The translations under genes and the position numbers were made by a program. From Mobula hypostoma (taxonomy: Eukaryota): a DNA stretch of 64,000 nucleotides. Where the stretch lies: contig NC_086097.1 in assembly GCF_963921235.1 (NCBI RefSeq), positions 173,788,001 to 173,852,000 on the forward strand. The letters run 5' to 3'. Under the pieces are notes generated by a model, which was not told the DNA's origin, did no database searches, and saw only the letters and a program-made list of their open reading frames with translations. Position 1 is the first letter of the stretch. Each line of letters opens with the position of its first letter. Of the stretch, positions 28,746-42,305 are shown piece after piece.

Positions 28746-30429
28746 CTGCATAAGATCTAACTATGGCGAGTTGTAAGTCTTACTAAAGATGAACGTTATA
28801 TGTTCATTGCTTACAACAAAATGCAGATTAATGGCTGAGTAAACAACACTACATGACTTTTAATTACTGGTAGATAAGTATAAATGAAACTTAGCAGTAC
28901 AGTTAGACAACTTCAACAAATAGGCACAGTAATCCATCTTGTGTTCCTCAATTATTGACACTGCCAGTACTGAAAAGTCTAACATTTATATTTTTCTCTT
29001 TTTAATGGTCTTCACTTAAATTATCTGTCACCATGACAGATTTGAACAAATTCCCAAAACAATTGACTAATCCTTCCCCCCTCCAACCCCCACAAAGTTT
29101 ACAATTGCCAAAGAAAATGAGAACCATACTTTATAAAATGGGTCTAACCACAGGAGACTTCATACAAGTATCTTATTCCCAGGTTAAGTGAGAGAATAGT
29201 GGCAGATTCCTAGATGTGGTCAATTAGTATTTGGCAGAAATACACACATGTACAAATGAACGGCCATTAAGTAAATGTTCCTAAGGTGGCATAAACCAAA
29301 ACTGGTCCCATGATTAACATTTACTGTATTCCCTATACCCTCCCTTGACCAAGTTTTTGCCACTTTGGGACAGAAATATATTGATTCGTTCATATGTTTA
29401 TGAAGTATATGCAAGATATATTCCACCATGACATGTTTTATACTTGAAAGACGGAAATAAACACAAGTTCAGAGGAATTGTTTAGCCATCACAAAACCAA
29501 GATATCACCCATTAATTTTGTTTCTCTTTGAAATTAATATTTGCATCCAAATTATTTAAATCTTTTATCGTTACAAAATAATGTTTTGAATTGAACAAAC
29601 TTCACAACACATGGCAGTGATATTAAACCTGATTCTGATTCTGAATTTACAATCTAATAACCAGTTTTTCAAGATGGAATTATAATGTGTTTCTTTCAAC
29701 AATAGTGCAGAAACAGTGAAAAACTAACTGCTGGAGAACCTCAGTGGGTCGGGCAGCATCTGTGGAGGGAAATAGCCTGACCCACTGAATTCTGCCAGCT
29801 GGTCATATTCTTTGCTCAAGATATCAGCAACTAAAGTCTCCTGTGTCTCCTGAAGAAACAGTAGCTCTTAATGAAGGAAAAATCATAAATTCATAATCCC
29901 CAAAGACATTCCCCAAAACTTTGTCATTCTTGCAAACAATTTTGTCAAAACAGGGCAAGTTCCAAAGAGGAAAATCAAGCATCATTAAAGGGACTTAAAA
30001 GCAGGATATCGTGCTCCCAGCAACCAATCTCATGCCCCCAGAGTGCACACAAAATTTTGTAAATTTTCATCAAAAAAATTGTATCAGTACAAATTTATAG
30101 ACAGAAAGTCATGCTGTGATGACTATAAATTTGTTGTGATAGAAATAATGCTAGTAATAATATATTAATCATGTATTTAGAAATTCAATAAATTACATAA
30201 CTAATTCCACATATGCTTTCTTAGTACATCAATACAGTTGTAAAATTTTAACTCTATTTACATACTCAAAATACCATCTGTATTCTCTATAGAAAAAGAA
30301 AATTCAATTATCAATAATATGCATTTGAAAGGCGCCACTGGTTAGTGAGTATATACAGAAAGAGCAACATGCATACTAATACTGCACATCCGCACGCACG
30401 CACACGCATACACACACACGTGCGCACAC

Positions 30430-30830
30430 AAAATCAGAATCAGGTTTAATAGCATATGACATATGTCGGGAAATGTGTTGTTTTGCAGCAACAGTACATT
30501 GCAACACATAATAATAAACACTATAAATTATAATAAGTAGAAACATTTGAAAATTATCAAGTAAGTAGTGCAAAAAGAGAGGAAAAAATACAGGGGTAGT
30601 GTTCATGGGTTCATTCGCCATTCAAGAATCTAATGGCAGAGGGGAAGAAGCTGTTTCTGAAACACTGAATGTGTGCTTTCAGGTTCCTGTAGCAACTCAT
30701 TGATGGTAGCAATGAGACAAGGGCATGCTTGGGTGATAGGGGTCCTGAATGATGGATGCCGCCTTTTTCAGGCATCACCTTTTGAAGGTGTCCTGGAGGC
30801 TGGAGAAGCTAGTGTCCATGATGGAGCTGG
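30430..30830 (-). mobile_element. Rex1/Babar-type 3' fragment flanked by (CA)n runs
   Basis: Similar to 19495-19980 and 26470-26860. Confidence 0.7.
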
Positions 30831-31274
30831 CGCGTGTGCGCATACACACACACACGCACACACACACAAAATACTGTGGAAGTAGAGGTTGCTAATTCTC
30901 AAGGGAAGATAACAAGCATGTACAAATGATAATCATAGCAAAGGGAGATATGGCAAAGTTAGCCAAAAAGTGAAGTTGAAGTTAATGGGAGCTTGCACTT
31001 AAGTCTGCCGTTGAACAAAATCAACATGTGAAATCTGCAGTTAAGAGATAAGAAGTCTTTCACATATGAGCCTACACAGCAGAAAATGGAAGATATAACC
31101 CACAATGGATAGTAACAGTTAATACTTAGAATATGGCTAAAATATTCAAACATAAAAAATAACCAGTATGGGCAAGTGGTAAGGATATTGTTCACATGAC
31201 AGCGTGAATCAAACAAGGAATTCCCAGAAATAATTCTTGTTCAAAATAAAAATCCTGCACAAATGAAAGACTAC

Positions 31275-31690
31275 ACATAGAATATAGAACAGTAGAGCAC
31301 TATATGGGCTCTTCAGCCCACGATGTTTTGCCTCCCTTTTAATCTACTCCAAGAACAATCTAATCTTTTGTCCTACACAGCTAATAACCCTCCATTTTTC
31401 TTACATCTTTGTGCTTAAAAATTTAAGAGTATCTTAAATGTCCTTAATGTATCAGTCTCTCACACCACCCCTGGCAGTTTGTTCCAGGCACCTACCACTC
31501 TGTGTAAAAAACTTGCCTCTGACATCTCCCCAGAACTTTCCTCAACTCACCTTAAAAAGATGTCCTCTGGTATTAGTCATTCCAACTCTGGGAAAAAGGT
31601 GCTGGCTATCCACTTTATCTATGCCTCTTATCATCTTATAAACCTTTATAAAGTCACCTCAATTTCTCACTCCTTGGAGAAAAGCATTTG
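31275..31690 (-). mobile_element. CR1 3' fragment
   Basis: Similar to 4581-4960. Confidence 0.75.
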
Positions 31691-33257
31691 TTCAATCTTT
31701 CTTCATAATGCATCTGTTCCAAAAGCAGAAGTCAACAGCTATGCTGCTTAAAAGCAGTTCCTAACAATTAACAATGTTCAAAATGGCTGTCAAACACTAT
31801 CAATGCAACACTAGGAAACAACCACAAAACAACCAAGGTAAGGGAAGAGAGGTGGGAATGGGGGAGGGGTTGAGAGGGAGGGTGAGAGAAGGAGGGTGAG
31901 AGAGGGAGGGGGGAGGGTGAGAGAGGGAGGGGGGAGGGTGAGGGGGAAATAAACTCAACTTTGCAAAATACCAAAACAAATGAACTGTAAAACACCCTAG
32001 AACATGGAAAAGAATTACATTATTTTGGCATATTTCACAATCTTTAACAGTAGACAAATGAAACTTAAAGCAGATTCTGAAAGATCCCTCCTGTGGAGAT
32101 AGACATAGCCACACACTGGGTACAGAGTACAAAGAATAGGAATAGGCCCTTCAGCCCACGATGTCTGTGTCAACTATGAAGAACAAAGGTGAAGTTACTG
32201 AGGGAATTACCTGGAGCCAAGTTTAAATTCCACTGTGGCCAATGTGCAATTTAAACGCTGTTAATAATCTGGAATTTAATGAAAAATCACGGCAAACCTA
32301 ATTAACTCATATTTTCCAAGTAATTCAGTGCAGTAACATCTTCATCAGTTTTTCTAGTAACAGTGGAATTTAGGAAGAATATTTTATTGGGCCAAATTAA
32401 GATTCCATGACGGAGCAGAACCAGAACTGTACAAGCTGAAAATACATTGATTCCCAAGAAATAGTTCAGAAAAATTCATTAAAAGCTATGATAATTTACA
32501 GTCATATACCCTCAAAAGTGTAATGGCATTCACTTGTTACATTCCATTGATTTATTATTAAAATCCATCTATTTCACTAATGTTGTTCAGGCAGGGGAAA
32601 CTCAAAGTTCAAAGTACATTTGTTATGAAAGTACATATATGCCACCATATAAAACCCTGAAATTTGTTTTCTTACGGGCATACTCAGGGCACGGTTGTCA
32701 GATGTATTCATTCTTTCATTCTCTCATTCTCTCTCTCTCAGACACACACACACACACACACCCCCACTCACCCTGCAAAAACTAATTTCAGGGAGGCAGC
32801 ACTACCATTTGAGGCCCCCGCAACCCCATATTCCCTCCTCCCCCACCCCCGGTCAACCTCCAAGGGTGTATACAATACTTCATTTTGTGAGTTTGTCTAA
32901 TCTGTAAACAAGTTGGGTATATGCAGAAAATGTGACATTATAATATGTACTTACATTATATTATATGATCATATTTACTCTATTACAACTTTAAGCAAGT
33001 CTGCAGGGAGTTTGGCCTCATCACATGGGACATCAAGAGCATAGCTCCTTCGCAGCCAGCCAGCTAGTTTAAATAACGTTAGCTATGCTAATTAATGAAT
33101 GACACCTGTTAAACTCACCTCAACAAGTCTTTTACATTTTAACTCACCTTGGGCAATAGAAAAGTCACTGTTGCAGACAGTGCAGCAAGCAATACTGTCA
33201 TTACTTTTGAGGTCGACTGTAAAGCCCACCCACAGAGAAAACTGATAAGTCTACTTC

Positions 33258-33480
33258 GCAGGGGTCCCCAACCTTTTTTGCACTGCAGACTGGTTTAATA
33301 TTGACAATATTCTTGCGGACCGGCCGACCGGGGTTGGGGGGAGGTGGTGGAGTGTATTAATCATGACTAGAATATAGGTGATAAGTCAATTATGTCACTT
33401 ATAAGTGGCTAATACACTCAATTTCGTTTCTAAAAGGGTTTATCTAACAAATTTAATATTAAACACACAGCTCATATCTT
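33258..33480 (+). mobile_element. hAT/Charlie-like non-autonomous element, one end
   Basis: Begins caggggtccccaacctttttt, a typical hAT-Charlie TIR. Confidence 0.55.
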
Positions 33481-34357
33481 CCTCCGCCATCCGAAGGTAC
33501 AGCGTTCCTATGAAACGGTTCGTGAGCCGAAATGTCGTAAAGCGAAGAAGCAATTACCATTTATTTATATGGGAAAATTTTGTGAGCGTTCGCAGACCCA
33601 AAAATAACCTACCAAATCATGCCAAATAACACATAAAACCTAAAATAACAGTAACATATAGTAAAACCAGGAATGATATGATAAATACACAGCCTATATA
33701 AAGTAGAAATACTTTTCCACAATCATTACTGAACTGTTCTCCGGAGCAAAAATCTCATGCAAGCGCCGTTGGCAGAAAATCTCACACAAGTGCTGTTGGC
33801 AAAAACACTCTCTCCAGTAACCTTTAAGCTATGAAGCTGCCAAATCATACCAAATAACACGTAAAAATACACAGCCAATATAAAGTAGAAATAATGTATG
33901 TACAGTGTAGTATCACTTATCGGAATTGGTTCAGCGCCGAGCACACTGATGATGGTGTGTTAGACTGAGTCGTCGGAGTTTGGGTGGTGCAGTGGCCCCC
34001 CACCCTCCAGGCCGCTGAGCGATACATTGCCACGAAGAACACAGGGGTCCAGCAGTAGCCGGGAGGTACACAGCACATCTTTAAGAAAAAAGCCGAAACA
34101 AACATGCTAATTAATTAGGTGCTGCCCGTAATTGTCGGCCCAGATCAGTGCTGATTTCCGATTGCGTCGTCTCTGATCTGGGCCGACAATTACGGGCGGC
34201 ACCTAATTAATTAGCATGCTTGTTTTGGCTTTTTTCTTAAAGATGTGCTGTGTGCCTCCCGGCTACCTCTGCATTCTCCGCGAATCGGTATCTGTCCGTG
34301 GCCTGGGGGTTGGGGTGGTGGGACACTGGGGTGTCATCTCGTCGCCTGTTTCCATTA
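33481..34357. mobile_element. Probable Tigger/pogo-type non-autonomous element fragment with an internal 94-bp-arm palindrome
   Basis: CpG-rich subterminal motifs (ggttcgtgagccgaaatgtcgtaaagcgaa), an internal direct duplication at about 33610-33710 and 33840-33890, and inverted arms 34055-34148 / 34173-34266. Confidence 0.55.
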
Positions 34358-34837
34358 GAGCAGGAGGGTGAGGGGGGAGGGAGAGGGAGAAACTCTTGAT
34401 TCTGGATTCCGGGAACTGGAAATAAATGACGCTGCAGACTGCAACATCGAAACAATGAGCTGTTGTTTCTCCCCTTGCTGTGGCAGGAGCAATATCCCTC
34501 TTGTTAGTGAGAGGGGAGGGCCCGTTGAGATGTCGAAGTTGGGATGTACAGTAGTTTTTAATGGTCTATAGATCAAGGTCTTTGGGGGTTTGTTATTGCT
34601 TGGTGTGGGGTGGGGGGCTGATGCTTCTTTGCTGGAGCAAATGGGGGGAGGGGAAACTTAATACTTTACTGTGCATGGGAGGGGGCAGGGGTCTGTGGGT
34701 TTCTTACATTTTTTCTGTCATTTATTGCTTGGATTTTTTTTCTCTGTTTCATGGATGCCTGCAGAGAGCTTGGATTACAGGTTCTATACCATACACATTC
34801 TCTGACTTTAAACTGAACCATGGAATGACTGATAACA

Positions 34838-36463
34838 TGTAACACCCTGGGAAAGGTTTCACTGCTAATGTAATGGTCTTTCTGCAGAAGCAGTGTTTAG
34901 ATTATGGTTAGAGATAACAGGTGCTTTGGAATGTGAGCCGTCCAATGAAGGGAATGCCGTGTGCCTCACACAGGGGTGATCTGGGTCTTTGCTCAGCGGG
35001 AGATGAAGGGAGAAGACGCCAGAGTGGAGAGGTCGTAGCACTCCAGCCAGAGCAGTGCCATAATCCGACAAAGGTTGGGGAGATCGAAGGAGGATCGGCG
35101 AAGGGGAAACTACGATCTCCAACTTGTGCACATTAAACTGTTTCATTAAAATGCGCCCTCTTCTTTTTTTGCTTTTTCTTTACTAACCCTTTAGTCAAAT
35201 TAAGAGCTATAAAGCTAAATCATTTACTTGTGTATGGTGTACAGTCTGTTAGTTCATGGTACTGATTTGTAACAGGGTAACAAATCACATAGCATCCACC
35301 CAAACAGGGGGTTTCAGGTGAGTTTACATCTCAATCTCACACATTCGGCGGGACTAGAGATTTTCTTCCCTGGACTTGAGCAGCCGACAGAACCTGAGTG
35401 TTTCAATTGTGGGGGTATCGTCCAGGATCGATTTCGTTGGATGCTGTGTGATTGCCCTGAGCACTGACCCTCTGGGTTGTGTGTTTAAGTCTGTGCTAAA
35501 CCATTGACCGGTAAAGTGATTATGACACGTGGGTATGGATGCTGCCGGGGTTGAGTGGTGGTGTGAATCCACGGGGTTACTGGTAATGAATGCGATCGTG
35601 TTGAGTGGGGTAGATATTCATACTTCTGATGAGTTGTTAATTCCACTTTTAAGTACTGTTAAAGCCATAGGAAAGGTTACAATTGTGGGGCAGAGATTTG
35701 ATAAGATGGCAGGCAAAGACTTTCTTCTAGTTCTGACTAGTGCTGACATAACGGCAGTGGAACTGCTTAGTACTATTGGGGCCCTAGGAGAGGGGGTGCT
35801 ATGGACTGTCCATACTTTCTGGGAGGAGGAGAGTATAGAGGAGCGGTCCAAATCACAAATTGAGTTTCCTGTAGCTGGAGGGTGAGAATTCAAAGACAGG
35901 GTTCTCTTGGTTCTGCGGAGCGAGGAGAAGGAGTGGTCTGATTTGGAAAGTCTAATGAGTCCCCCAGTGAAGAGTAAAAATTCTGAGTTAGTATCAGCCC
36001 TTACCTCTCTGGCAAATAAATGGGGAAAAAAATGCCCAGGTTCAAAGTACCAACTGTTATAGGCTCTGCCTGTTCTCAGGAATGAAGCCCACCCCTAAAG
36101 GGGAAGAGGAGAATGAGATATGGGCAGAGCAGACCTCTCAGTTGTTAGATGAGTGGTAGTGCTCTGATGACGTAAAATGATAGTGACTGGCTGAGAGTTT
36201 GAGGGAGTGGGCTGCTGACATAGTGAGAGCCGTTAAGGCGCAGAACCCCCCCCCCCCGCCACTTCTGTGGCCTACATGCGAGCACTAGAAATGGTATTTG
36301 ATGTGACGGGAAGCCCAATGGAGCTCATGACGGGGTTTCAGAACATGTGTCAGGAGAAGGGGGAAAAGCTTTCTGCCTGCATCTTTTGCCTAGAGAGGCA
36401 GTTAAATTGCTTACAGCAGAGAGGGGCCAATCAGACGGCTGAGGTGGATCAGTTAAGAATGGA
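34838..36463 (+). mobile_element. Gypsy LTR retrotransposon, 3'-truncated: 5' LTR 34838-35405, tRNA-Pro PBS 35410-35428, PNMA-like gag
   Basis: TGTAACA...TTTCA LTR; tgggggtatcgtccaggat PBS; gag follows. Confidence 0.85.
35535..36463 (+). pseudogene. PNMA (paraneoplastic Ma antigen)-like Gag with several stops and frameshifts
   Basis: N-terminal MDAAGVEWWC..IVLSGV..GKVTIVGQRFD..EGVLWTV; capsid LFSG..PTPKGEEE.E.W, LAESLREWAADIVR, YMRALEMVF, QEKGEKLSACIFCLE. Confidence 0.8.
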
Positions 36464-38722
36464 CTTTTTTTACCGTGCCCATGGTCTGCTCTTTATCAAA
36501 TTATGGTATTGCTTTGCACTGTTGTAACTATATGTTATAATTATGTGGTTTTTGTCAGTTTTTCAGTCTTGATTTGTCTTGTGTTTCTGTGATATCATTC
36601 TGGAGTAACATTGTAACTAAATGACAGTAAAAGAAGACTGCGTGTCCTCATAATCTAAATAGCAAAAGGCGCCCAGTCCTAAAACCTGATCGCTTGGGGT
36701 CTCCAACTGTCTCATAAGACGTGTCCCCCTCCCTTGTTTGTTGTACCTCAAAGAGGTGTCATTAATCATTGGGGACCCTCTTCTCATTACTGCCATCATC
36801 GTACTGTGACTTCACTCAAAGTTTTAAAAACAGATTCTTCCGCACCGCCATCAAATTTCTAAATGGTCCATGAACCCTCACTATTTTGCTATCTTTTTGC
36901 ACAACTAATTTATTTTCATATACTTCTTAGTGTAACTTATAGCATTTTTAATTTATTGCACAATACTACTACCACAAAATAACAAATTTCATTACATAAA
37001 TCAATGATATAAGCCTGATTCTGATTGGATTGTTCATGTCTACATTTTTCATGATATTTCCAGAGTCAACAATTGTCACACATATTGCGAGTTGTGCATC
37101 TCTTGGTAAATTTTACATACCTATCAACCCTCCAGTGAAGTTAAAATTATCTATGCTTTATTTGCCACAGTTTAAGACAGACAGACAAGGTTGTCTTTAT
37201 TTAGTGCCTTTCACAACTCCAAGGCATTCCAAATAATTTCAAAAAGGATTAAGCATTTTTGAACCGTGGGCACTGGGAATATAACAATTTCTGTCCAACA
37301 AAGTCCCAGAAAAATCAATGTGACAATAATTGGTATTGTCTAAGTTATATTGATAGGGGGATAAATGTTGACCAGGGCATGAGGGGTTCAACTTCAAATC
37401 TAAAAGTAGTTGCACAATATATACCAGACATCTGCTACCATTCAATGGGAAGAATAATAAAAAAAAAATTAGAGGCTGGATGTTATGAATAATGAGGTGC
37501 CCAGATTGTCATGTCCAAATTCATTAGAAAGCTCTAAAGATGTGGAGTCTAAGTAGCAGACACTTTTGAGTTTCCAAAACAGACCAACATTACAGTAACA
37601 CAAAATTACAAGCCAGGAAGCAATGTAAGCTTTATCCATCGCCATAAAAGATGTAATTTTTCACCACTCAATGTGAAGATTGACTAACTTTCCAAGCGAT
37701 CATCTAAAATCCAAGGCAATCTAAAGCAATTGAAGCATGGCAAATCATCTGTAAATTGCATTGTGTTCAAAGAAATGAGAACTATTAAATTGCAAAGGAA
37801 CATATGCATCTGCTTTCCTTGGATTTGGAAGTAAAATTTAGAAACAGTATTTTGGACAATTTAATATTCCACAATGGAGTAAATCTGAAATTGTACAAAC
37901 TGAAAACACATCAATTCCCATGAAAATGCCAAAATATGAACATCACAAACTCATCCATGATTAAGATGGGATAATGTCATCCATATTTGCTACTACAAGA
38001 GCACTCAATTCATTAACTATGAAATGACCTGTTATCGTCTTTACTGACTAAAATTATTTGGGATTAATAATATAGATAAGCTGGAAGTGTGCAGAATGTT
38101 TTAGCAAAATAAACCTCTCAAGACCAACTTTTTAAATAAAAGATTCAGTTTCAATGACGACAAACTGGAAAGGGCAAATTAATCAAAGAAAGCTGATGAA
38201 GTATAAATTTAGTTCAATAAAATATATAAGGAAATACAAAAATGACTTTTGAATTGGAATTAAGAGAAATGTGAAGTCCTGCACGAGGCCAGCGGAGAGG
38301 ACGCCAGACGCAAGATGGGGAGCAGAATATTTTATGGTGCTAACTTCCAAATTACTGAAAAATTGATGATAATAGTGACAGAGATGTACTTATACTACAA
38401 CATTTGTAACCAAACCAAAACAACAACTAGCCATATGGTCACTTAGTAAAACACTCTGTCTACTAAGGTGTGCTTTGGTTAGACTGTAAATAGACTTTGT
38501 ACACTGACCTGGCAAGCTGGTCATGAAGAAGACAGTAAAACGCTGATGACAGTGCAGAAAGGAACATCAAGATTGACTCTCGGTGTCAAAGGTATGTGGA
38601 AGTTGATGAGAAACTTGTGTTTATCTGTATTGTTGAAGTTTGCATAATAGGGAATGTAAACTTGGGAAACAAAACTAAAAAGAAAGATTACAGTAGTTTA
38701 AAGTAAATATTAGACTGATGTT

Positions 38723-41283
38723 ATAGACAACAGACAATAGGTGCAGGAGTAGGTCATTCGGCCCTTCAAGCCAGCACTGCCATTCACTGTGATCATGGCT
38801 GATCACCCACAACCAGTACCCCGTCCCTGCCTTCTCCCCATATCCCTTGACTCCGCATCATTAAGAGCTCTATTTAACTCTTTCTTGAAAGCATCCAGAG
38901 AATTGGCTTCCACTGCCTACTGAGGCAGAGCATTCCACAGATCCACAACTCTCTGGGTGAAAAAGTTTTTCCTCAACTCCGTTCTAAATGGCCTATCCCT
39001 TATTCTCAAATTGTGGCCTCTGATTCTGGACTCCCCCAACATCGGGAACATGTTTCCTGCCTCGAGCATATCCAATCCCTTAATAATTTTATATGTTTCA
39101 ACCATATCCCCTCTCATCCTTCTAAATTCCAGTGTATACAAGCCCAGTCGCTCCAATCTCTCAACATATGACAGTCTCGTCATCCCAGGAATTAACCTCG
39201 TGAACCTACGCTGCACTCCCTCAATAGCAAGAATGTCCTTCCTCAAATTTGGAGACCAAAACTGTACACAATACTCCAGGTGTGGTCTCACCAGGGCCCT
39301 GTACAGCTGCAGAAGGACCTCTTTGCTCCTATACTCAACTCCCCTTGTTATGAAGGCCAACATGTCATTAGCTTTCTTCACTGCCTGCTGTACCTGCATG
39401 CTTACTTTCAGTGACTGATGAACAAGGACACCTAGATCTCGTTGTACTTCCCCTTTTCCTAACATGACACCATTCAAATAGTAATCTGCCTTCCTGTTCT
39501 TGCCAGCAAAGTGGATATCCTCACATTTATCCACATTAAACTTCATCTGCCATGCATCTGCCCACTCACCCAACCTGTCCAAGTCATCCAGCATTATCTC
39601 AACATCCTCTGCACATTTCACACTGCCACCCAGCTTTGTGTCATCTGCAAATTTGCTAATGTTACTTTTAATCCCTTCATCTAAATCATTAATGTATATT
39701 GTAAATAGCCGTGGTCCCAGCACCGAGCCTTGCGGTACCCCACTAGTCACTGCCTGCCATTCTGAAAGGGACCTGTTAATCCCTACTCTTTGTTTCCTGT
39801 CTGCCAACCAATTTTCTATCCATGTCAGTACCCTACCCCAATATCATGTGTTCTAATTTTGCCCACTGATCTCCTATGTGGGACCTTATCAAAGGCTTTC
39901 TGAAAGTCCAGGTACACGACATCTACTTGGCTCTCCCTTGTCTATTTGCACAGTTACGTCCTCAAAAAATACCAGAAGATTAGTCAAGCATGATTTCCCC
40001 TTCGTAAGTCCATGCTGACTCAGACCAATCCTGTTACTGCTATCTAAATGTGTCGCTATTTCATCCTTTATAATTGACTCCAGCATCTTCCCCACCACTG
40101 AGGTCAGGCTAACTGGTCTATAATTCCCTGTTTTCTCTCTCCCTCCTTTTTTAAAAAGTGGGATAACATTAGCTACCCTCCAGTCCTCAGGAACTGATCC
40201 TGAATCTACAGAACAGTGGAAAATAATTACCAATGTGTCCACAATTCCAGAGCCACCTCCTTAAGTACCCTAGGGTGCAGACCATCAGGCCCTGGGGATT
40301 TATCAGCCTTCAGTCCCATCAGTCTATCTGCCTATTTTCTGCCTAATGTGAATCTCCTTCAGTTCCTCTGGCCACTATTACATCTGGGAGATTGTTTGTG
40401 TCTTCCCTAGTGAAGACAGAACCAAAGTACCTGTTCAACTCGTCTGCCATTTCCTTGTTCCCCATAATAAATTCATCCGTTTCTGTCTTCAAGGGCCCAA
40501 CTTTGGTCTTAACTAATTTTTTCCTCTTCACATACCTAAAGAAGCTTTTACTATCCTCCTTTATATTCTTGGCTAGCTTGCCTTCGTATCTCATCTTTTC
40601 TCCCCGTATTGCCTCTTTAGTTATCCTCTGTTGCTCTTTAAAAGTTTCACAATCCTCTAGCTTCCTGCTCGTCTTTGCTATGTTATATTTCTCTTTTATT
40701 TTTATACTGTCCTTGACTTCCCTTGTCAACCACGGTCGCCCCTTACTCCCCTTAGAATCTTTCTTCCTCTTTGGAATGAACTGATCCTGCACCTTCTGTA
40801 TTATTCCCAGACATTGTTCCACTGTCATCTCTGCTTGGGCATCTTTCCAGTCAGCTTTGGCCAGCTCCTCCCTCATGGCTCCATAGTCCCCTTTGTTCAA
40901 CTGCAATACTGACACTTTCGATTTTCCCTTCTCCCTCTCAAATTGTAGATTAAAACTTATCATATTATGGTCACTACCTCCTAATGGCTCCTTTACCTCG
41001 AGTTCCCTTATCAAATCCGGTTCACCACACAACACTAAATCCAGAATTGCCTTCTCCCTGGTAGGTTCCAGTACAAGCTGTTCTAAGAATCCATCTCGGA
41101 GGCACTCCACAAACTCCCTTTCTTGGGGTCTAGTACCAACCTGATTTTCCCAGTCTACCTGCATGTTAAAATCCCCCATAACAATCGTAGCATTACCTTT
41201 GTGACATGCCAATTTTAACTCTTGATTCAACTTGCACCCTATATCCGGGCTACTGTTTGGGGGCCTGTAGATAACTCCCATTA
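38723..41283 (-). mobile_element. CR1 LINE, 5'-truncated within the endonuclease; few frameshifts
   Basis: ORFs 40343-41281 (GVIYRPPNS, MGDFN, GGSDH), 39889-40242 and 38917-39807 (GVPQGSVLGP, FADDTKL); tail tagacaacagacaatag. Confidence 0.95.
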
Positions 41284-42305
41284 GTTAACTCCCATAACTC
41301 CCATGTTGAAAGGGTTAAGGCACAAGGAGCAACAAATGCACAGAATATATTGAGAAGAATATACTGTACTATAATATAATATATACTATACTATAATATA
41401 ATATACTAAAGTACTATTATGAAATAATTTGATTAAATGGGAAAACTTGAGAATTCCTCTGTATATACAAAACAGAATGACCTAGTTTGTAGCCTTCAGA
41501 TTTGCCCGATGAATCTATCATCTAGTATGAATGACAAACTTAGTTCACATAAATTATTTTGCAAAATGCCATTAACATTTTTGTATGATAGAAACAACCT
41601 ACCAACATTGATCAACTGAACTGAAACTTTTCATTGAACAAACTTAATTTTTTCTCAAAGTTAATAGCTTTTCAATAACTGTCATTTCTAAAGAATTTCA
41701 GAATACATTGTCCAGCAGATGCAGTACATCCTTTCTCTCTCATTTCACCAACCCACCCCCACTACTGCCTGCCAATTAAATAATTGTTGCCTGCTTGAAA
41801 CACTTTCCAGCATGAAGGTCAGCTGTGAAACAATTCTGCTCTGTCTTGACTTTTTTCACAGATCAATCCTAATATAGCACTGATTTCTACCTCAAAAAAT
41901 GTATATATTTAACCACTTCCACATCATTAACTACTTTGGCCCATGAGTAATAAGCAAGTCAACTATTCTGCAAAGAAATTTCCTTTGAGAACTTTCTGTA
42001 CCTCCATGTAAAAAAACTCCCCCATACCAATTCTCAGAAAACTTCTGTAAGCAGTTCCCCATAGCTTCCATGTAACAATATCATCAAATTACAAAACAAT
42101 GCTTTTGAATAAGCCAAGTTATTCCATGGGATAATTTTAATTCCATAGCTCTCGGAAGTGCCAACTAAAGAGAACAATTGGGTATTAGAGTTGGACACAT
42201 AATCCACAAAACAATCAATAAGGACTGAATAATGCATGTTCAATTCTGCACATAACAATAAATTATCAAGGTATATTAAATAAATTAACATAATTAAGAC
42301 TTAAC

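Noticed and set aside
32750..33257. Probable repeat-derived block
   Set aside because: It looks like a non-autonomous element, but I could not support TIRs, a TSD or a family assignment.
37190..37560. Possible ancient Deu-domain SINE remnant
   Set aside because: Only short resemblances (ggggataaatgttgaccagg); too degraded to call by eye.
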